Positions 57,551 through 64,000 of a stretch of 64,000 nucleotides of DNA are shown one piece after another. Below the pieces are notes generated by a model. That model saw nothing but the letters and a program-made list of their open reading frames with translations, ran no database searches and had not been told where the DNA came from. This stretch comes from an uncultured Planctomycetota bacterium. GTDB taxonomy: Bacteria; Planctomycetota; Phycisphaerae; Tepidisphaerales; Tepidisphaeraceae. Both the position numbers and the translations under genes were made by a program. The DNA lies in assembly GCA_963841915.1 (NCBI GenBank), contig CAWJEN010000005.1, forward strand, positions 224,001-288,000. The letters run 5' to 3'. Numbering within the stretch: position 1 is the first letter of the stretch; each line of letters starts with the position of its first letter.

Positions 57551-58561
57551 TCAGGCACCGAGCTCTTGGACCACCATCGCCGCGACCCGATCGCGAACCT
57601 CGTCGATCGATCCCTCGACCCGCGCGCCCGCCGCCCGTGGATGTCCACCGCCGCCGAACGTCGCGAGCAACGCGGCACAGTCCACCTTGCCCTTGCTGCG
57701 CAGGCTCACCTTGGTCGCCGTCGCCGCGGCATTGTCGGGGTTCTCGCCGAGGAGCAGGCTCGCCTCGACGCTGGCGATCTTCATCGGCTCGTTGATGAGG
57801 TCTTCGCCGTCCGCTGCCGTCGCTGTCGCCTCGGCGTAGTCGTCGCGACGCAGCGTCATCACACTCAATCGCTCCTCGGCGTGCAGCTGCATCGACGCCA
57901 GTCCGCGTGCAAACAGCCGCACCTTCGACGCCGCCTCACTGCGGTACAGCCGCGCGTTGAGCTCGTCAGGATTCGCCCCCGCATCGACACAGTCTGCGGC
58001 ATGACGCAGGGTCGCCGATGAGGCATTGGAGTAGCTGAACCAGCCGGTATCTGTCGCCATCGCCGCGTACAGGCACGTCGCCATCGGCTTTGTCAGCGAC
58101 ACGCCCATGGCCGCGATGACCCGCTTGGCCACCTCTGCCGCGGCACCGGCCGTCGTGTCAACGAGGTGCGTGTCCGGCCAATCCTGCTGCGTGACGTGAT
58201 GGTCCAGCACCAGCTTCCGGCCGCCGAACGCCTCGACGTGCTCCTGCAGCCCCGGCAGCTGCGACCACGTGCCGGTGTCACACACGAGCAGCGTGTCGAT
58301 CCCCGTGAAGTACCGCCCCACATCGCCGCCGTCCAGCAACACGTCGTGCGGCACGCCGTCGTAGAGAAACGCGTACTTGGGCGGAATGTCGCTCAGCACC
58401 AGGCATCGCGCCTCGACCCCCGCCACCGCCAGTGCCCTCTGCATCGCGCCGGTCGTCCCCAGGGCGTCGCCGTCAGGCCGCACGTGCGTCGTCAGCAGCA
58501 CCCGACCCGACGACTTCAGCAGCTCGGCAAATGCAAACACATCGGCATCGGTGACGGACAT
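57551..58561 (-). CDS. DHH/DHHA1 phosphoesterase (NrnA-like)
   Basis: THVRPDGDALG, LDHH, TDTGWF, KVSLRS, GGGGHPRAAG. Confidence 0.93.
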   Translation of the reverse strand: MSVTDADVFAFAELLKSSGRVLLTTHVRPDGDALGTTGAMQRALAVAGVEARCLVLSDIPPKYAFLYDGVPHDVLLDGGDVGRYFTGIDTLLVCDTGTWSQLPGLQEHVEAFGGRKLVLDHHVTQQDWPDTHLVDTTAGAAAEVAKRVIAAMGVSLTKPMATCLYAAMATDTGWFSYSNASSATLRHAADCVDAGANPDELNARLYRSEAASKVRLFARGLASMQLHAEERLSVMTLRRDDYAEATATAADGEDLINEPMKIASVEASLLLGENPDNAAATATKVSLRSKGKVDCAALLATFGGGGHPRAAGARVEGSIDEVRDRVAAMVVQELGA

Positions 58562-58681
58562 GGCCGCACGCTACGGCCGTGGGGCCGCGCCGCACGAACG
58601 GCGTCACGCGATTGCACGCAAGCTCCGTCCGGAGGCAGCTGCGACCCTCCTCGATTCCGAGGCGCCTTCGCGTCCCTGGGC

Positions 58682-60238
58682 CTACAACGCACACGCGATG
58701 ATCGGCTGCGGTTCGTCGCTGTCCTGGGCCCACGACCGCGCGTCGCGGGTCATCATCGTGGCCGACTCGCCGGGGCCCCAACTGCCCGGCTCGTACGTGG
58801 CGGGTTTCTTGCCTTCTTCGTCGAGCTTTTTCCATCCGCGGAGGATCGGGTCGACGACCTGCCACGCCGCTTCCGCCTCGTCGCCGCGGATGAACAGGCT
58901 TTGGTCGCCCACGATAGCATCGGCGATGAGTCGTTCGTACGCCTCGGGCGGCTCTTTCTGGAAGGTCTCGGCGTAGTCGAAGTCGAAAGCGACGTTTTTG
59001 ATCGACAGCGTGTTGCCCGGCACCTTGCCGTTGACCCGCAGGCTGATGCCGCCTTTGGGCGCGACGTGGATGACGAGGTCGTTCGGCACCACGGGCGTCT
59101 CGCATCGCTGCTGGAACAACGTCAGCGGCGGACTCTTGAAGCGGACGACGATCTCGCTGACCTTCTTCGGCAGGCACTTGCCCGTGCGGATGTAGAACGG
59201 CGTGCCGTCCCAACGCCAGTTGTCGACGTACAGCTTCACGGCGGCAAAGGTTTCTGTCGTGCTGCCTTCCTCCACATCGTCAGCCTTGAGGTAGCCGTCG
59301 GTGTGCTGGTCCTTGCCGAAGTCGCCTGCGCCGTATTGGCCGCGAACGGCGTAGTGGGCGACGCGATCTTCGGTGACCGGGCGGATCGATTGAAAGACCT
59401 TCACCTTCTCGTCCCGGGTGTGCTTCCCGTCGAGACCGGCCGGCGGCTCCATCGCACACAGGGCGACGAGCTGCAAAATGTGGTTCTGCACCATGTCACG
59501 CAACGCGCCGCTCTTGTCGTAATAGCCAGCCCGGTCGTCAGCACTCACACTCTCTGCCACGGTGATCTGCACGTGGTCGACAAAGTTGTGATTCCACAAC
59601 GGCTCGAAAATGCTGTTGGCGAATCGCAGCACCATCATGTTCTGGACAAGCTCTTTGCCCAGATAGTGGTCGATGCGGTAGATCTGCGATTCGTCGAGCG
59701 TGCCGTGGAGCTGTTCGTTGAGCTTGCGGGCGGAGTCGAGGTCGTAGCCGAAGGGTTTTTCGATGACGACACGGCTCCACGGGTCGCCTTCTGCCTTGTT
59801 GCGTTCTCGTTGGATGAGGTTGCGATCGCCGAGGCATTCGGTGATGGGGGCGAATGTGCTGGGGGGCGTCGAGAGGTAGAACAGCCGGTTGCCGCCGGTG
59901 TTGTGGTCCTTGTCGATGGTCGCGAGCCTTTCGCCGAGCGCGTCGAAGTCATCGGCGTCGTCGTACTGACCCGGCTGGTAGTAGATCCGGGCGGCCAATC
60001 TCTCGACCAGGTCGTCGTCGAGGTCGTCTTTGCCCTTGATGCTTTCGCGGAAGCGTTCGCGGAAGTCGTCGTCGCTCATCTTCGTCCGCGAGTAACCGAC
60101 GAGGGCAAAGTTCTCGGGCAGCAACCCTTCGCTGGCAAGCTTGTACAGGGCCGGCAGCAGCTTGAGCTTGGCCAGGTCGCCTGAGGCGCCGAAAATGACG
60201 AGGGTGCAAGGACTGCGGTGCGGCATGGTCGCGATCAT
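58682..60238 (-). CDS. zwf: Glucose-6-phosphate 1-dehydrogenase
   Basis: IFGASGDLAKLKLLPAL, IEKPFG, YRIDHYLGKE, RDMVQNH, NWRW.G.PFYIRTGK. Confidence 0.98.
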   Translation of the reverse strand: MIATMPHRSPCTLVIFGASGDLAKLKLLPALYKLASEGLLPENFALVGYSRTKMSDDDFRERFRESIKGKDDLDDDLVERLAARIYYQPGQYDDADDFDALGERLATIDKDHNTGGNRLFYLSTPPSTFAPITECLGDRNLIQRERNKAEGDPWSRVVIEKPFGYDLDSARKLNEQLHGTLDESQIYRIDHYLGKELVQNMMVLRFANSIFEPLWNHNFVDHVQITVAESVSADDRAGYYDKSGALRDMVQNHILQLVALCAMEPPAGLDGKHTRDEKVKVFQSIRPVTEDRVAHYAVRGQYGAGDFGKDQHTDGYLKADDVEEGSTTETFAAVKLYVDNWRWDGTPFYIRTGKCLPKKVSEIVVRFKSPPLTLFQQRCETPVVPNDLVIHVAPKGGISLRVNGKVPGNTLSIKNVAFDFDYAETFQKEPPEAYERLIADAIVGDQSLFIRGDEAEAAWQVVDPILRGWKKLDEEGKKPATYEPGSWGPGESATMMTRDARSWAQDSDEPQPIIACAL

Positions 60239-60285
60239 GGGCGTGCCGCGGGCGTGGGGCAACTTTGGAATCGGGCGGACAGAAA

Positions 60286-60403
60286 CGCGAAGGGGCGAAG
60301 GGGCGAAGGTCAGAAGCAGATGAAGGGTGCCCGTTAAACGCGCTTAACCCGTTCCTGCTCTGCTCTGCACTTCGCTCAGACTTTGCCCCTTCGCTTCTTC
60401 GCG
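60286..60403. repeat. GCGAAG-type short-repeat inverted element
   Basis: CGCGAAGGGGCGAAGGGGCGAAG ... CTTTGCCCCTTCGCTTCTTCGCG; related GCGAAG run at 62350-62383. Confidence 0.65.
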
Positions 60404-60424
60404 TTTCACCTCTGCGTCGACCGA

Positions 60425-60961
60425 TCAGACGTAACCGACGAGGGTCGGGGCGGCGGGTGGTGGGTAGATGTCGGGCAGGCGGCGGTAGGCGGTGCCGTAG
60501 GCGATGAGGCCGGTGTAGATGCCCTGCTTGTTGTTCGTGCTGCCACGTGTCGTGACGCCCGCCATGTCGACGGCCTCGAACCGCACGTTGGCGATCGCGT
60601 CGTACCCGGCGGCGGCGGCGTTCTCCATCAGGCGCAGCTGCGCTTCTTGCCGCGCCCGGGTCAGCAGGTCGTGGTAACTCTTGACCTCGCCGCCGATGAA
60701 CAGCTTGAACTTGGCGATGGTCGTGATGAGCCGGTTGGCAGACAGAACGACGTCGCCGGTCATGAGAGCGGTGGCGTAGCGGGTGTCGATGCCGGGCAGC
60801 GTCTTGAGGTTGACGACCATGATGTGCCCGAGCTCTGCCCGGCGGTAAGCGAGGTCTTTGCGGTGCTCGCGGTCGAGGAAGACGCCGAGCACACCGACGC
60901 CGAGCAAGGCGATTGGCACGATGAGCCACGCGAATCTGAAGAACAGGTCGATGACGTTCAC
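60425..60961 (-). CDS. YbjQ/UPF0145-like protein with N-terminal TM
   Basis: IGGEVKSYHDLLTRARQEA..R, GYDAIANVRF, IAYGTA. Confidence 0.88.
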   Translation of the reverse strand: MNVIDLFFRFAWLIVPIALLGVGVLGVFLDREHRKDLAYRRAELGHIMVVNLKTLPGIDTRYATALMTGDVVLSANRLITTIAKFKLFIGGEVKSYHDLLTRARQEAQLRLMENAAAAGYDAIANVRFEAVDMAGVTTRGSTNNKQGIYTGLIAYGTAYRRLPDIYPPPAAPTLVGYV

Positions 60962-61329
60962 GCCGCCTCCGGCTGAGCATCGGCCTCGAGCACGACGGCC
61001 GTTCCGTAGGCGTACAGCTCTGCCGCCCCGCCGGTGACGGCACTGGTGGAAAAACGCACGTTGATGACGGCATTGGCTCCGAGCTGGCCCGCCTGGGCGA
61101 TCATGCGTTCGGTTGCCTGTTGACGGGATTCGACGAGCAGTTCGGTGTAGCCCTTGAGCTCGCCGCCGACGATGTTTTTGAGGCCGGCGGCAAAGTCACG
61201 CCCGAAGTTTTTGGCGCGAACGGTGTTGCCCTGCACGAGACCGAGGATGCGTGTGACGCGGTAGCCGGGCACGAGTTCCGTGTTCGTCAGCACGATCTGC
61301 GGGAAAGGCTGAGGCGTGGGGTCGGACAT
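60958..61329 (-). CDS. YbjQ/UPF0145 family protein
   Basis: LGLVQGNTVRAKNFGRDF.AGLKNIVGGEL.GYTELL, GANAVINVRF, YAYGTAV. Confidence 0.93.
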   Translation of the reverse strand: MSDPTPQPFPQIVLTNTELVPGYRVTRILGLVQGNTVRAKNFGRDFAAGLKNIVGGELKGYTELLVESRQQATERMIAQAGQLGANAVINVRFSTSAVTGGAAELYAYGTAVVLEADAQPEAA

Positions 61330-61406
61330 GTGGGGCGAGTGTACGACGCGGCCTCGCCAACGCTCCGAGCGGATGCGGCAGGACGGGCGTCTCTATCCTG
61401 CGGCCA

Positions 61407-62399
61407 GTGCCCGAGCGACAAGCAGCCGATCGACCGCGCAGCAAATGGATCAAGCGAGCCGTGCGTTGGGGCTTTGCGGTTGTTGCGCTCGGCTGCATCG
61501 GCTACGCGATCTGGACGACCGATCGCTCGGGGCTGAGCGACGTGCGGATCGACTGGCCCTGGCTGCTGGCGGCGGCGGCGGCGTTGCCGGGGATGTACGT
61601 GTGCATCGCCCTGAGCGAGCGACTGCTGTTGCGGACGTTCACCGGTCGTCGACTGTCGTGGCCAGAATTGATCGCGGCGGCGTGGGTGCCGTTGTTCGGC
61701 AAGTACATTCCCGGCAAAGTCGCCGCCGCCGGGGCGGCCGTCGTGCTGCTCAAGCGGCTTGGCGTGCCGGCTTCGACGGCGCTAGGCGTTTTTGTGCTGC
61801 TTGACGCGATGCCGGTGCTGACCGGCACGCTGTTGGGCGCCGTGTTGCTTCTTGACGACTCGGTGCGGGAGCGTTTTGCCGCGGCGCCACTCGTCTTTGC
61901 AGGCGTTTTCGTCGGTGGGCTCGTGTGCCTGAGTCCGCCGGTTTTTCGAAGGGTAACGACGCTGGCGCTTCGGCTGATGCGTCGCCCGCCGTTGCCGATC
62001 GTGCCGCGATGGGTCGATTATGTCGGACCGCTGACGTGCTCGCTGGGCCAGTGGGCGTGCAACGGATTCGCGGTCTGGTTCGTGATGCGGTCGCTGGACC
62101 CGGCGGTGACTCTGGCGAGTTTGCCCTACGTTGTGTGTGCGACGGCCTTGACGATGTGCGTGAGCTACTTCGGCGCGTTCGTGACGCCCAGCGGTCTGGG
62201 CGTTCGCGAAGGAACGCTCATCGCCCTGCTATCGCCGATGATCGGCCTGCCCAACGCCACCGCGGCGGCGGTGCTGATGCGACTGAATCACACGGTCACG
62301 GAGGCATACCTGTGCGGCATCGGGCTGCTGGCGTTGCGAGCCGGAGGAACGCGAAGTGGCGAAGAAGCGAAGGGCCGCGAAGGACCAGAGGCGGCTTGA
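61407..62399 (+). CDS. Lysylphosphatidylglycerol-synthase-TM (flippase-like) membrane protein
   Basis: Multi-[20 protein letters not shown]. Confidence 0.85.
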   Translation: MPERQAADRPRSKWIKRAVRWGFAVVALGCIGYAIWTTDRSGLSDVRIDWPWLLAAAAALPGMYVCIALSERLLLRTFTGRRLSWPELIAAAWVPLFGKYIPGKVAAAGAAVVLLKRLGVPASTALGVFVLLDAMPVLTGTLLGAVLLLDDSVRERFAAAPLVFAGVFVGGLVCLSPPVFRRVTTLALRLMRRPPLPIVPRWVDYVGPLTCSLGQWACNGFAVWFVMRSLDPAVTLASLPYVVCATALTMCVSYFGAFVTPSGLGVREGTLIALLSPMIGLPNATAAAVLMRLNHTVTEAYLCGIGLLALRAGGTRSGEEAKGREGPEAA

Positions 62400-62478
62400 T
62401 GTGGCCGGGCAGGGTGCCCTGCACGCTTTGCTCTGCCTTGGCTCCGTCCATGCGGCAAGACCCGCTATCCTGCCGGCC

Positions 62479-63708
62479 ATGCCACTTGTCAACGAGAACT
62501 TTCTGAAGCTGCAGGCCGGTTACCTGTTCCCTGAGATCGCGCGTCGGGTCAAAGCGTTCGTGGCAGAGCACCCTGATCGGCCGATCATCAAGCTCGGCAT
62601 CGGCGACGTGACCGAGCCGCTGGCGCCCGTCGTGGCCGACGCGATGAAGCGAGCGGTTGAAGAGATGACGACAAGCGAGGGCTTTCACGGCTACGGGCCG
62701 AGCGAGGGGTACGACTTCCTGCGCGACGCCATCGTGGCCGACGACTACAAGTCGCGTGGCTGCGACATTGCCGCCGACGAAATCTTCGTCAGCGACGGCA
62801 GCAAGTGCGACAGCGCCAACGTGCTCGACATTCTGGGTACGGGCAACACGGTGGCGGTGACAGACCCGGTCTACCCGGTCTACGTCGACACGAATGTCAT
62901 GGCCGGCAACGCCGAGGCGGCGGGCAGCGACGGTCGCTACGGCGGCCTCGTTTACCTCGAAGCGACGGCCGACAACGGCTTTGCCCCGAACCTGCCCGAT
63001 CGACCGGTCGACGTCATTTACCTTTGCTTCCCGAACAACCCGACCGGTGCCGTCGCAAGCCGCGAGACGCTTAAGGCGTGGGTCGATTATGCCAACGAGC
63101 ACAAGTCACTGATCCTCTTCGACGCCGCCTACGAGCAGTTCATCACGGACGATTCGATCCCGCACAGCATTTACGAAATCGAAGGTGCCCGCACCTGTGC
63201 GATCGAGTTCCGCAGCTTCAGCAAAACGGCCGGTTTCACCGGGACCCGTTGCGCGTTCACCGTGGTGCCGAAGGAGCTTGTCGGCCGCACGAAAGACGGC
63301 CGAGAGATTCCGATGCACGGCTTGTGGGGCAGGCGACAGAACACGAAGTTCAACGGCGTGGCGTACATCGTCCAACGCGGCGCTGCGGCCGTTTATACCG
63401 ACGCGGGCAAGCAGCAGATCAAGAAGCTCGTCGACGGCTACATGACCAACGCGCGGCTGATCAAGTCGTCACTGACCACGGCAGGATTGACCGTTTTCGG
63501 CGGCGACAACGCACCCTACTGCTGGATCCGCTGCCCCGAAGGGCTCGACTCCTGGCAGCTGTTCGACAAGCTGCTCAACGAGGCCGGCGTCGTCTGCACA
63601 CCCGGCGTCGGCTTCGGCAAATGCGGCGAAGGGTACTTCCGGCTCAGTGCGTTCAACTCGCGAAGCAACGTCGAAACAGCGTTGGAGCGGGTGACGGCCG
63701 CGCTGTAA
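62479..63708 (+). CDS. dapL: LL-diaminopimelate aminotransferase
   Basis: [60 protein letters not shown]. Confidence 0.97.
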   Translation: MPLVNENFLKLQAGYLFPEIARRVKAFVAEHPDRPIIKLGIGDVTEPLAPVVADAMKRAVEEMTTSEGFHGYGPSEGYDFLRDAIVADDYKSRGCDIAADEIFVSDGSKCDSANVLDILGTGNTVAVTDPVYPVYVDTNVMAGNAEAAGSDGRYGGLVYLEATADNGFAPNLPDRPVDVIYLCFPNNPTGAVASRETLKAWVDYANEHKSLILFDAAYEQFITDDSIPHSIYEIEGARTCAIEFRSFSKTAGFTGTRCAFTVVPKELVGRTKDGREIPMHGLWGRRQNTKFNGVAYIVQRGAAAVYTDAGKQQIKKLVDGYMTNARLIKSSLTTAGLTVFGGDNAPYCWIRCPEGLDSWQLFDKLLNEAGVVCTPGVGFGKCGEGYFRLSAFNSRSNVETALERVTAAL

Positions 63709-63729
63709 TCGAGCCCATGAAAGCAGAGG

Positions 63730-64000
63730 TCAGCTGATCCAGAAGGTCCTCACCGGCTTGCCGCTGCGAGGGCTGATCGTCTCGCTCCGGAAGACGCCGC
63801 CGTTGCGCTCGATGACTCGGCGGCTACGGACGTTGTCTGCGTCGCAGGTGACGAGGATGCGGTCAACGCCAAAGCCTTCAAGTTCGATGAGCGCGAGTTT
63901 CAAGATCAGCGTCCCAAAGCCGCGGCCGCGGTAGTCGGCGTGGATGAAGTAGCCGACGTGCCCGCCCTCAACTTCCAGTGCAGGTGACAGTTCGTGCCGA
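63730..64000 (-). CDS. GNAT acetyltransferase, 5'-truncated by window edge; not in the supplied ORF track
   Basis: Manual translation RHELSPALEVEGGHVGYFIHADYRGRGFGT...ILVTCDADNVRSRRVIERNGG...FWIS*. Confidence 0.88.
   Translation of the reverse strand, partial: RHELSPALEVEGGHVGYFIHADYRGRGFGTLILKLALIELEGFGVDRILVTCDADNVRSRRVIERNGGVFRSETISPRSGKPVRTFWIS

Noticed and set aside
49400..60184. Long antisense ORFs (49400..50983, 54258..55373, 58166..60184 and similar elsewhere)
   Set aside because: Shadow frames of well-supported genes in high-GC DNA; no recognisable motifs

Overview
High-GC bacterial chromosomal segment, most likely a planctomycete of the Phycisphaerae type (inferred from LEPRxLL-type export motifs, a PEP-CTERM protein, an exosortase and the repeat families). 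It is probably origin-proximal, since it has two perfect parS palindromes at 57.3 kb. Layout: (1) 1-6030, a repeat-dense accessory region with a helical + FN3-like gene, three 203-bp hairpin-containing tandem units that re-create that gene's C-terminus, a 21-bp-period array, a frameshifted RloC-like ATPase/HEPN gene and a PEP-CTERM gene inside inverted repeats; (2) mfd, a DUF2254-type gene and tRNA-Val(GAC); (3) a ~24-kb single-strand glycan operon (wzm, GT87, wzt, ATP-grasp, many GT2/GT4/GT8, O-antigen-ligase-like, exosortase, EpsI); (4) a second 21-bp array + promoter + decayed helical/beta-sandwich gene + GNAT, then tRNA-Val(TAC); (5) mostly housekeeping genes: tRNA-Cys, tRNA-Asp, imuA/imuB, mutL, a 1.2k-aa secreted multidomain protein, pyrR-pyrB-pyrC, DHH, zwf, two ybjQ-like genes, dapL. 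The best candidate for an undescribed system is a module seen twice: a [14 conserved + 7 variable] x ~10 array, then a sigma28-like promoter, then a ~230-aa helical/beta-sandwich gene ending in an AA-type degron. Six apparent +1 frameshifts, including one in mutL, suggest assembly indels. All calls are by eye from motifs; no database searches were run.
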